64,000 nt of DNA from a virus. The first letter of the stretch is position 1. Each line of letters starts with the position of its first letter. The position numbers were made by a program, and so were the translations under genes. A model generated the notes under the pieces. It had not been told where the DNA came from. It saw only the letters and a program-made list of their open reading frames with translations, and searched no databases. The DNA is taken from positions 64,001-128,000 of IMG/VR virus record IMGVR_UViG_3300021963_000034; one strand, 5' to 3'. Shown here piece after piece: positions 1 to 8,578 of this stretch.

Positions 1-2
1 GG

Positions 3-113
3 TTTGAACCAGAAGATCTATACCAGTCTTCTTACTATCTAATGATGGAAGAATGTCATCCTTTATTATACGAACTTGATCTGGAAAATCCTGAAATGTT
101 GCCTGTTGATTAA
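3..113 (+). CDS. 3' end of hypothetical phage protein (partial)
   Basis: Open frame from window edge, FEPEDLYQSSYYLMMEECHPLLYELDLENPEMLPVD*, stop TAA 111-113. Confidence 0.6.
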   Translation, partial: FEPEDLYQSSYYLMMEECHPLLYELDLENPEMLPVD

Positions 114-114
114 G

Positions 115-141
115 TTTGTAACTATAATAAATAGTTACAAA
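115..141 (+). promoter_or_regulatory. 11-bp inverted repeat with late promoter AATAAATA in its loop
   Basis: tttgtaactat (115-125) / atagttacaaa (131-141); aataaata at 126-133, upstream of the HNH gene. Confidence 0.6.
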
Positions 142-154
142 TCATATTTAAAAT

Positions 155-511
155 ATGAAAACCTGTACTAAATGTGGACTATCCAAATCACTAACAGAAT
201 TTCACTCTGCTGGTATAATAGATGGTAAAAAATATCTTCGTGGTGAATGCAAAGTTTGTCAGAAGAAAGTTGTAAAAGCAAGGACAAAATCTATTAAAGA
301 AGATTATGTTTCTTGGAAAAAAACTTTGAAGTGTACCAGGTGTGGGTTTTCTGATTATCGTGCCCTCCAATTTCATCATATTGATGAAAAAGAGCATACT
401 ATTGCAAATATGTTCCGTGGTGGATTTTCTCTAGAAAGTATAAAAAAAGAAGCAAAAAAGTGTGAAGTTCTTTGCGCCAACTGCCACCAAATACACCATT
501 CGCCCCTATAG
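155..511 (+). CDS. HNH homing endonuclease with N-terminal zinc finger
   Basis: CTKC..ECKVC zinc-finger pairs, then CTRCG..LQFHH..KCEVLCANCHQIHH HNH core. Confidence 0.85.
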   Translation: MKTCTKCGLSKSLTEFHSAGIIDGKKYLRGECKVCQKKVVKARTKSIKEDYVSWKKTLKCTRCGFSDYRALQFHHIDEKEHTIANMFRGGFSLESIKKEAKKCEVLCANCHQIHHSPL

Positions 512-574
512 CATAACGGTTACTGCATCCGCCTTGTAAGCGGAAGATTTTCGGTTCGATTCCGAATGGGGGCT
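502..574 (+). tRNA. trnT: tRNA-Thr (TGT)
   Basis: Acceptor GCCCCTA/TGGGGGC, anticodon stem TCCGC/GCGGA with loop CT-TGT-AA, T-arm GGTTCGATTCC; no encoded CCA. Confidence 0.93.
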
Positions 575-592
575 CTGAGTTCTATAACTCCA

Positions 593-751
593 ATGTCACT
601 TATTTCACAACAAGACCGCCAAATGGTCATTGAAGCACTTGAATATTATGTTCAAAAACTTAAGGAAGATAACTGCACTCCTGCCTCTATCAGTGCATTC
701 CAAACCCTCCTTAACTGGGTCGAACTGGAGCATTTCAAGCATGAAAATTAA
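593..751 (+). CDS. hypothetical protein, cyanophage-like
   Basis: MSLISQQDRQMVIEALEYY...; start moved to ATG 593 because 566 lies inside the tRNA. Confidence 0.7.
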   Translation: MSLISQQDRQMVIEALEYYVQKLKEDNCTPASISAFQTLLNWVELEHFKHEN

Positions 752-914
752 TCTTTGGTATTGTAAAGACATGAAACAGTGGCGTTGGGTTTTAACTGAT
801 GATAGTAGACCTATTCTTAAACAGGAATCTGGTCAGCAACCATTTCTCCGTGATGCTATGAATGATGTGGCAAATACTGTAGAATATATGTTAGAATGCA
901 AACAAAGTGAGTAA
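741..914 (+). CDS. hypothetical protein, cyanophage-like
   Basis: MKINLWYCKDMKQWRWVL...; GGAG upstream, overlaps previous stop. Confidence 0.7.
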   Translation: MKINLWYCKDMKQWRWVLTDDSRPILKQESGQQPFLRDAMNDVANTVEYMLECKQSE

Positions 915-916
915 TT

Positions 917-1004
917 GGAGGCAGCAACTAGTGTCTTGGCGGATTTAGTTGCGTAAGGCCTCCTTTTATAGTATAATAAATAATAATAGTCAACGCCAAG
1001 ACAC
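917..1004 (+). promoter_or_regulatory. structured leader: hairpin, late promoter and 11-bp inverted repeat next to the start codon
   Basis: gtgtcttggcg (931-941) / cgccaagacac (994-1004), ATG 1006; outer stems ggaggc/gcctcc and gcaacta/tagttgc; aataaata at 975-982. Confidence 0.65.
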
Positions 1005-1005
1005 A

Positions 1006-1572
1006 ATGAACGAATACTACACTTACGCATATTTGCGTGAAGACGGAACACCTTACTACATTGGCAAAGGTAAAGGAAGAAGAGTTTATAATAGTCACAT
1101 TAGACAAAACAAAACAAATTTAAAACCTAAAGATAGTAGTAGAATTCTTCTTTTAAAGAAAAATCTTACAGAAGAGGAAGCAAGTAAACACGAAATTTAT
1201 ATGATTTATGTGTTTGGAAGAAAAGATTTAGGAACTGGTATTCTTCGTAATATGACTAATGGTGGAGATGGAATATCTGGATATTCTCATACCGAAGAAA
1301 CTAAAAAACTTCTTTCAGAAAAAACTTCTGGAAAAAATCACACTTGGTATGGGAGGGAACATACCGAAGAATCAAAAAGGAAAATGAGAGAATCTAGTAA
1401 AAATAGAGAAAGAAAACCTCATAGTGAAGAAACAAAAAAGAAAATGAGGGAGTCTGCTAAAAAATATTGGAAAGATGTAGGTAGAAATATTAATGGGGAA
1501 AATAATCCCTTTTATGGAAAATCACACAGTGAAGAAACTAAGAAAAAAATAGGAGATAATGTTAGGAAATGA
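1006..1572 (+). CDS. GIY-YIG-type homing endonuclease with NUMOD3 repeats
   Basis: YYTYAYLREDGTPYYIGKG...N-TNGGDG nuclease domain; repeated H(T/S)EETKKK motifs. Confidence 0.88.
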   Translation: MNEYYTYAYLREDGTPYYIGKGKGRRVYNSHIRQNKTNLKPKDSSRILLLKKNLTEEEASKHEIYMIYVFGRKDLGTGILRNMTNGGDGISGYSHTEETKKLLSEKTSGKNHTWYGREHTEESKRKMRESSKNRERKPHSEETKKKMRESAKKYWKDVGRNINGENNPFYGKSHSEETKKKIGDNVRK

Positions 1573-1590
1573 GTACAAATACTTAGTTTT

Positions 1591-2232
1591 ATGAAAAGTG
1601 ACTTCTATATAGAAAGAGTGACCAAAAAGGAACTTGAATCACTCCTTTTAACTTATCATTATCTTAAAGATGAGAGTAAAACATACAAGTCGGGTTTCAA
1701 CTATGGACTTTATAGAAACACTTTCACAGATGTCCTTAGAATTGGCAACTGTCTTGGTGCTTGCATTTTTACTGGTCTCCCAGTTCCAGAAATAGCAAAA
1801 GGAGCATTTGGATTAAATCGTAATGAACAACAAGGACTTTTCGAACTTTCAAGACTTTGCATCGAACCTAGTACGCAGTCACGAGAATATAACATCACTT
1901 CTTGGTTTGTGTCAAAGGCGATTAGACAACTTCGAAAAGATACTGAAGTTAAAGCAATCCTTTCTTATGCTGATTCAAATCACCATTCTGGTACAATTTA
2001 TCGCGCTTGCAACTTTAAGTATTACGGTCTCACGGATCGAAAAAAAGATTTCTATTATTCAGACGGAACTAAACACTCTCGCGGAAAAGTAAAAGGTTCT
2101 GAAGGTGAGTGGAAAGAAAGAAGTAGGAAGCACAGATACTTAATGGTATTTGATAAAAAACTTCAAAAAAGGTTGACTTGGAAAGAAGAGTCGTGGTATA
2201 ATAATCAAGACGATACTGAATCGTTACAGTGA
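1591..2232 (+). CDS. mom: Mom-family adenine-modification protein (GNAT-like)
   Basis: HYL..ELSRLC..SWFVSKAIRQL..ILSYAD..H.GTIYRACNFKYYG matches the Mu Mom family pattern. Confidence 0.75.
   Translation: MKSDFYIERVTKKELESLLLTYHYLKDESKTYKSGFNYGLYRNTFTDVLRIGNCLGACIFTGLPVPEIAKGAFGLNRNEQQGLFELSRLCIEPSTQSREYNITSWFVSKAIRQLRKDTEVKAILSYADSNHHSGTIYRACNFKYYGLTDRKKDFYYSDGTKHSRGKVKGSEGEWKERSRKHRYLMVFDKKLQKRLTWKEESWYNNQDDTESLQ
2173..2202 (+). promoter_or_regulatory. sigma70-like promoter inside the 3' end of mom
   Basis: TTGACT (2173) -18 nt- TATAAT (2197), TG extended -10. Confidence 0.5.
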
Positions 2233-2249
2233 CCCAAAAAGTGTGACTT

Positions 2250-2276
2250 CAAAACCTCCTTTTGGAGGTTTTGTTG
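2250..2276 (+). terminator. intrinsic terminator-like hairpin
   Basis: caaaacctcc-tttt-ggaggttttg, T-rich tail; late promoter gataaata follows at 2280. Confidence 0.65.
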
Positions 2277-2317
2277 TATGATAAATAATCCATAACGGAA
2301 CTATAAGTATTAATAAG

Positions 2318-5300
2318 ATGGGTCTTTCACGTCTCGATAATTTTCTGAAATCAGTACGCGGAACGATTTTATATGTTGATCCAAATAGTATTGACTCTAC
2401 AGATAGCATTGAAAATCAGGGCAATAGTTTAACTAGACCATTTAAAACAATTCAACGCGCACTTATTGAGGCAGCAAGATTCTCATATCAAAGAGGATTG
2501 GATAATGATAGATTTGGAAAAACAACAATTCTTCTTTATCCTGGAGATCATATTGTAGATAATCGTCCTGGATGGATACCATTTGAATCTAATAATTATT
2601 TGCTTAGAAGTGGAGCAACTTCTAATGTATTTCCTCCATTCGATTTAACATCAAATTTTGATTTAACTTCTCAAGATAATCAACTTTATAAATTAAATTC
2701 AATACATGGTGGAGTTATAATCCCAAGAGGAACTTCTATTGTTGGTTTAGATCTTAGAAAAACTAGAATTAGACCACTCTATGTGCCAAATCCTGAAAAT
2801 AATAATATTGAAAGATCTGCAATTTTTAGAGTAACTGGATCTTGTTATTTTTGGCAATTTACTTTCTTAGATGCAGATCCTAATGGTGTATGTTATAAAG
2901 ATTATACTACAAATACTTTTGTTCCTAACTTTTCTCACCATAAATTGACTGCATTTGAATATGCGGATGGTGTAAATTCTGTGAACATTGCAGATGACTT
3001 TTTGATATATTCTGCTGAAAGAACTGACTTGGATATGTATTATGAAAAAGTTGGTCTTGCATATGGACAAGCATCTGGAAGAGAAGTTCAACCAGATTTC
3101 CCTGTTGCTGGAATTAATATTCAGTCAAAAGTTGATGAATATCGTATTGTAGGATCTCGTGGTGCTGAGATTGGTATTTCAAGTATTCGTGCTGGAGATG
3201 GAGTAACTGCAACCACAACTATCACTGTAGACCTACAAGAAGTTCTTCCTGGACTAGACGTAGATACTCCAATTAGAATTGAAGGTGTAGGCGTAGATGG
3301 TTATGATGGACAGTTTGTTATCAGTGAAGTCAATAGTCCAACTCAAATTTTATATAAAGTTCAAAACCCACCATTACAAGCACTTCCTTCCCTCACCAAC
3401 GCAACATTAAATATAACAATTGATACTGTTACTTCAGCATCTCCATATATTTTCAACTGTTCGCTAAGATCCGTTTATGGTATGTGTGGAATGCTTGCTG
3501 ACGGAAGCAAAGCGGATGGATTTAAGAGTATGATTGTCGCCCAGTTTACTGGTGTCGGTCTTCAAAAAGATAATAGAGCGTTTGTAAAATATAATTCTTC
3601 ATCGGGAACATATGAAGACTTCACTGCATTTGGTAACGAAAATATTCAATCTGATAGTCGAGCAGTATATAAACCTTCTTATGAAAATTTTCACATCAAA
3701 TGTCAAAATGATGCATATATCCAAGTAGTATCTGTATTTGCTATTGGATATGCTGGTCAATTTGTTGTAGATACTGGTGGAGATCAATCCATCAATAACT
3801 CAAATTCAAACTTTGGAGCAAAAGCTCTTGTAGCAAAAGGTTTTAGAAATAGTGCATTCTCCAGAGATGATGTTGGATATATTACTCACGTTATTCCTCC
3901 CAAGTTCTTAGAAACTACAGAGGTAAATGTTGAATATGATTCTATCGATGTTAGTAAGACCGTAAGTGTTGGAAATACAAGTAGATTATATCTTTATAAC
4001 CAAAATAATCAAGGCGTTTCTCCAGAAGGTGTTATAGAAGGTTATCGTTTAGGTGCCAAAATTAATGATACTCTTAATGTTTTAATTAACCAAGGAGGAA
4101 GTGCAACTGAGTATTCTTCTAAAATTGTCATGCCAAGCAGTGAAAATACTGCTTCAGAAAAGAAATTTATTGTGGGAAGAAGCACTGTAGGAATTAATAG
4201 TATTGCATCAAATACTATTACATTCACAAAGTATCATACTTTTGAAAATGGAGAAACTGTTCGTGTAATATCTAATACAGGTCAACTTCCAGATGGATTA
4301 GAACCAAATCAAACTTACTATGCAATTACTTCTGGTGTTGGTACTGATAGAATAAAACTGGCAAAAACTCTCAATGATGCAATTAGTTTAAATGCTCTTA
4401 CTATTAATAGTAAAGGTGGAGTTCTAAATGTTATCAGTAGAGTTTCTGATAAAAAACCTGGAGATTATGGACATCCTATTCAATATGACACTACAAACTC
4501 TCAGTGGTATGTAAATGTTTCTTCAGCATCAACCGAAAATACAATTTATCCTACAATTGTTGGGTTGGGAACAACTGTTCTTGGTTCTGCAACTCCTAGA
4601 ACATATATTAAGAGAAATCCTGATACAAGAAGTGTAATTGATACTGCATATAGACTCCGTTATGTAATTCCAGCAGATTCAACTCTCTCCGGTCGTATAC
4701 CAATTGAAGGATATGTAATTCAAGAATCAAATAGTTCTATTGGATCTTTAAACGCAGAAGTTGGATATCAATTCCATCCAACAGGTGCAACACTTTCTAA
4801 TTCTACTCAACTAAGAAATCCAAGAATTATTGCGAATGCAAGTTGGTCTTCTGGTACTGCAAGAATAGTAACAGAACTTCCTCACGACCTTCAGGTTGGA
4901 TCTACTGTTGAAATAGTAAACATTAAGAGTACTAATAATACTGCGGGAATCGCTAATACTGCTTACAATGGCACATTTTCCATTTCTGGAATTAGTAGTG
5001 CAAAACAATTTACTGTGAGCATTCCAAATAATCCAGGAACATTCACAAACGATACCTCAACTAGAACAACATCTCTACCATATTTTAGAAAAAAACAGTT
5101 TAAAAATACTTATATTGTCTATAAGAGTCAGGAAATCCAAAAGTACATTCCTGGTGAAAGGGATGGAATATATCATTTGATTGTTGTTAATGCATCAAAT
5201 TCGCCTTCAATATCTCCATTTGAAAACGAAAAGTTCTTACAACCAATTCAAAATCTATACCCACAAACAAATAGAGATAATCCAAACTCAGATCCAAAAG

Positions 5301-8179
5301 CATCTGTATCATTTGCTCTTCCATCCACAATTGGTCAAGTGGTCATTAATGAACCACAGAATAGCATTACTAAAGAAACTTTAGAAAAAAAATTAGTTGA
5401 TACTAGTGTTGGATTTGGTATTACAAATATTGTTTCTGTTTCTGCTGGCACTGCACATACCTTCTTTACCACAATTGATCATGGTTTAAATCAAGTTACT
5501 AAGGTCAATATTATAAATGGTGGTAGTGGATATGGTGTTGGTAGTGCAAATACTGAATACTATTATAATGCAAGATTAGTTGGTTATGCAGGTTCGACAA
5601 CCGGACAAAATGCTACTGCAAGAGTGACTGTTAGTGCTGCAGGAACTATTTCTAATGTTTTAATTATGGATGGTGGTAGTGCCTATGGGATAGGCAATAC
5701 TATGACGATTGTTGGTATTGCAACAACAACATCATTCTCTGAAGCAACTGTTCAGGTAAGTACTATTAATAGTAACATTGGAGATGTATTAAGTCTATCA
5801 GGTATTATTCTTGATGAATATGAACAATATAATAATCTCTACAAGATTACTGGAATTTCTAGTTCAAAAGAAGTTGTAGTATCATCAGCATCTACTGTTG
5901 GTTCATCTGCAATTTCTGGTATTGGAATAACTGCAGCATCCTTTGCAAATGTTACTCTAACTGGTAAATGTTTAGATGTTTCTTCTATCTCATACAATAG
6001 AATTACTGGTCTTGCGACTGTTACAACAGTTCAAGGTCATGGATTAAATATTAATAATGCAGTTAGGTTCGATGGTGCAGACAATAAGTTTTATAATGGC
6101 ATATTCTTAGTAAAAGAAGTTGTTGGTCTTTCTACTTTTATTACAAACTTTGGAATTAGCACAACAACTCAGTCAACATCTGGAACTATTTCTGTTTATC
6201 CACCTGGTTTTGTTGCTGCGGGTGGAAATGTAACAGCAGAAAATGAAAACCTTGGAGGAAGACTTTCTGCTCAATATGCAGGAATTACGACAACTATTTC
6301 TTCTGCGATTACTGATGAGAATGTAAGTACAATTAATATCTCTAATGTTGGAGATTATAATTTCCAAATAGGAGATTATCTTCAAATCGATGAAGAAATT
6401 CTAAGAATTAAGAGTACTGTCACATCCAATCCAGTTTCTGTTTTTAGAGGATTGTTAGGCACCCGCAAAACAACCCATGTCAATGGATCTGTTATCAGGA
6501 GAATCAAACCACAACCAATAGAACTTCGTAGAAATTCTTTAATTCGTGCATCTGCTCATACATTTGAGTATCTTGGTTTTGGTCCGGGTAACTATTCAAC
6601 TGCTTTCCCTGATAAGCAAGATAGATCTATTACTCCTCAGCAAGAACTATTAGCACAAGCAACTAAAAAAGATGGCGGTGTAGTTGTCTTTACTGGAATG
6701 AATGCTGATGGTAATTTTTACGTTGGTAATAAAAAAGTAAATTCAACAACTGGAGAAGAAGAAACCTTTGATACTCCTATTCCAACTGTTGTTGGCGAAG
6801 ATCCTGGAGTAGGTCTTAATTTTGGATTTAATGTTATCAATCCACTTGAAATTTCTGTAGATCGATCAATTCGTGTTAATGGTGGAGCAGATAATAATAT
6901 TATTTCTAAGTTTGATGGTCCAGTAGTCTTTAATAACAAGATCATATCTACATCAAATAAAGGAATTGAAGCAAATTCAATCTTCCTTCAAGGCAGTGAA
7001 ACGGTTTCTAGAAAATATACTGTTGGAATTTCTACACCAATTCTTGCCGGAAATCCAGGCGATGTTCAGTATAATGCAAATCCTGCAAGTGATGATTATG
7101 TTGGATGGGTATATACTAACAATAATCAATGGGAAAAATTTGGTTATATTGGAGCATTTGAAGATGCTAGAGTTGGAGTTTCTTCTGGCGGAAATTTTGT
7201 TGGAATTTCTACTTTAATTAACTTTGTTGCTGGTGTAGGTGCAACGGTTTCAACTGCTTATAGTTCTACTAGTGGAATTACTACAGTTACTTTCCAGGCA
7301 ACTCCTCTTCAAATTGGAGTTTCTACTGGTTTAGGTTTAAACAAAGTATTCTCTGGTATTGCCACAGAATTAAACTTTGTTGGTTATGGTGTATCAATTA
7401 CTGCTGTTCAAAACGCAGGAATTGCAAGTATAACTTTTGATGCTTCTGTAGGTGGATCCGGTTCTCCAGGAGCTCCATTAAATTCAATTCAGTATAATAA
7501 TAATGGATTTTTTGCAGGTAGTTCTAATTTAGTTTTTGATGGAACAAATTTAATTGTTGCAAACGCTATCGGTATTAATAATCCTCTTCCAATAGCAAAA
7601 CTTGATATTATTTCATCTACAACTGAAGCACTTCATATTAGATCAACGAGTGGTTCTGGAAACATTGTTACTGTTGATAATGTTAATACAGATACTACGC
7701 CATTCATTATTGATGTTAATGGTAATGTTGGTATTAATACTCTAACGGCAAATGCTGCCTTAGATGTTGCGGGTAATGTTGCAGTGGTTGGTTCTTTAAG
7801 ACTTTATGAAACTGATAGGACAAATTATGTTGGACTACAAGCACCAGTTTTAGGAACTAACTACACATTAACATTACCAACAACTGTTGGTGCTGCAAGC
7901 AGCATTCTTCGCACAACAGGATCGGGTGTTCTTGATTGGGTGTCTCCTTCTTCCATAGTTGCCGGTATAGTTACTAATACTGACAATCTTGCTGAGGGTT
8001 CTTCAAACCTATATTTCACGCAAGAAAGAGCGCAGGATTCAATTGCAGCAGCAATCAATGCAGGTATTCAAACTGGAATTAATGTAACTTATGATGATGC
8101 AAATAACAGAATTAATTTCAATAATACTGCATCAACTCCTTATCCATTCACAACTCGTGGATTTAGTATTCCTATCTGA
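2318..8179 (+). CDS. large virion structural protein (cyanomyovirus tail/baseplate-associated)
   Basis: 1953 aa, MGLSRLDNFLK..ILYVDP..PFKTIQRA N-terminus, beta-rich Gly/Ser/Thr body, fibre-like GNVGINT motif near C-terminus; late promoter upstream. Confidence 0.8.
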   Translation: MGLSRLDNFLKSVRGTILYVDPNSIDSTDSIENQGNSLTRPFKTIQRALIEAARFSYQRGLDNDRFGKTTILLYPGDHIVDNRPGWIPFESNNYLLRSGATSNVFPPFDLTSNFDLTSQDNQLYKLNSIHGGVIIPRGTSIVGLDLRKTRIRPLYVPNPENNNIERSAIFRVTGSCYFWQFTFLDADPNGVCYKDYTTNTFVPNFSHHKLTAFEYADGVNSVNIADDFLIYSAERTDLDMYYEKVGLAYGQASGREVQPDFPVAGINIQSKVDEYRIVGSRGAEIGISSIRAGDGVTATTTITVDLQEVLPGLDVDTPIRIEGVGVDGYDGQFVISEVNSPTQILYKVQNPPLQALPSLTNATLNITIDTVTSASPYIFNCSLRSVYGMCGMLADGSKADGFKSMIVAQFTGVGLQKDNRAFVKYNSSSGTYEDFTAFGNENIQSDSRAVYKPSYENFHIKCQNDAYIQVVSVFAIGYAGQFVVDTGGDQSINNSNSNFGAKALVAKGFRNSAFSRDDVGYITHVIPPKFLETTEVNVEYDSIDVSKTVSVGNTSRLYLYNQNNQGVSPEGVIEGYRLGAKINDTLNVLINQGGSATEYSSKIVMPSSENTASEKKFIVGRSTVGINSIASNTITFTKYHTFENGETVRVISNTGQLPDGLEPNQTYYAITSGVGTDRIKLAKTLNDAISLNALTINSKGGVLNVISRVSDKKPGDYGHPIQYDTTNSQWYVNVSSASTENTIYPTIVGLGTTVLGSATPRTYIKRNPDTRSVIDTAYRLRYVIPADSTLSGRIPIEGYVIQESNSSIGSLNAEVGYQFHPTGATLSNSTQLRNPRIIANASWSSGTARIVTELPHDLQVGSTVEIVNIKSTNNTAGIANTAYNGTFSISGISSAKQFTVSIPNNPGTFTNDTSTRTTSLPYFRKKQFKNTYIVYKSQEIQKYIPGERDGIYHLIVVNASNSPSISPFENEKFLQPIQNLYPQTNRDNPNSDPKASVSFALPSTIGQVVINEPQNSITKETLEKKLVDTSVGFGITNIVSVSAGTAHTFFTTIDHGLNQVTKVNIINGGSGYGVGSANTEYYYNARLVGYAGSTTGQNATARVTVSAAGTISNVLIMDGGSAYGIGNTMTIVGIATTTSFSEATVQVSTINSNIGDVLSLSGIILDEYEQYNNLYKITGISSSKEVVVSSASTVGSSAISGIGITAASFANVTLTGKCLDVSSISYNRITGLATVTTVQGHGLNINNAVRFDGADNKFYNGIFLVKEVVGLSTFITNFGISTTTQSTSGTISVYPPGFVAAGGNVTAENENLGGRLSAQYAGITTTISSAITDENVSTINISNVGDYNFQIGDYLQIDEEILRIKSTVTSNPVSVFRGLLGTRKTTHVNGSVIRRIKPQPIELRRNSLIRASAHTFEYLGFGPGNYSTAFPDKQDRSITPQQELLAQATKKDGGVVVFTGMNADGNFYVGNKKVNSTTGEEETFDTPIPTVVGEDPGVGLNFGFNVINPLEISVDRSIRVNGGADNNIISKFDGPVVFNNKIISTSNKGIEANSIFLQGSETVSRKYTVGISTPILAGNPGDVQYNANPASDDYVGWVYTNNNQWEKFGYIGAFEDARVGVSSGGNFVGISTLINFVAGVGATVSTAYSSTSGITTVTFQATPLQIGVSTGLGLNKVFSGIATELNFVGYGVSITAVQNAGIASITFDASVGGSGSPGAPLNSIQYNNNGFFAGSSNLVFDGTNLIVANAIGINNPLPIAKLDIISSTTEALHIRSTSGSGNIVTVDNVNTDTTPFIIDVNGNVGINTLTANAALDVAGNVAVVGSLRLYETDRTNYVGLQAPVLGTNYTLTLPTTVGAASSILRTTGSGVLDWVSPSSIVAGIVTNTDNLAEGSSNLYFTQERAQDSIAAAINAGIQTGINVTYDDANNRINFNNTASTPYPFTTRGFSIPI

Positions 8180-8509
8180 TTATCCTGCTTCCGGAATAAC
8201 TACTATATTATAAGCAGTAACATTTGTAGCGGAGAACGTTTGCCCTGCCGATATCATAATTTCTGTCGGCAGTGCTGCAGATGTGCCTGTTGTGGCAGAC
8301 GTTGTTGCATTATTTCCGTTAGTGGATGATGCACTTACATAAGCAATATTTCTTCCAATTGCAGTTATGCCAAGCGCACTTACAATAACTGACGCCCAAC
8401 TCATAGAGATATTAGTACCACTCATGTAGTTAATAATAACTCTTACGTTTTGTCCTGTGTTATTCGTATAACTTACATTACTTGAACCGCTTAATACTTG
8501 CGCTGCCAT
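8180..8509 (-). CDS. small beta-rich probable virion protein; only credible minus-strand gene
   Basis: Fills the gap exactly, stop abuts the convergent stop at 8179; reverse-strand CTAAATA at 8532-8538. Confidence 0.75.
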   Translation of the reverse strand: MAAQVLSGSSNVSYTNNTGQNVRVIINYMSGTNISMSWASVIVSALGITAIGRNIAYVSASSTNGNNATTSATTGTSAALPTEIMISAGQTFSATNVTAYNIVVIPEAG

Positions 8510-8531
8510 ATTCCCAAAAAATACTTTTAGT

Positions 8532-8550
8532 TATTTAGTTTTTATAAATA
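8532..8550. promoter_or_regulatory. back-to-back T4-type late promoters
   Basis: tatttag 8532-8538 (CTAAATA on -) and TATAAATA 8543-8550 (+). Confidence 0.65.
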
Positions 8551-8578
8551 ACTAGAAATAACAAGGGGAGAGTGAACC

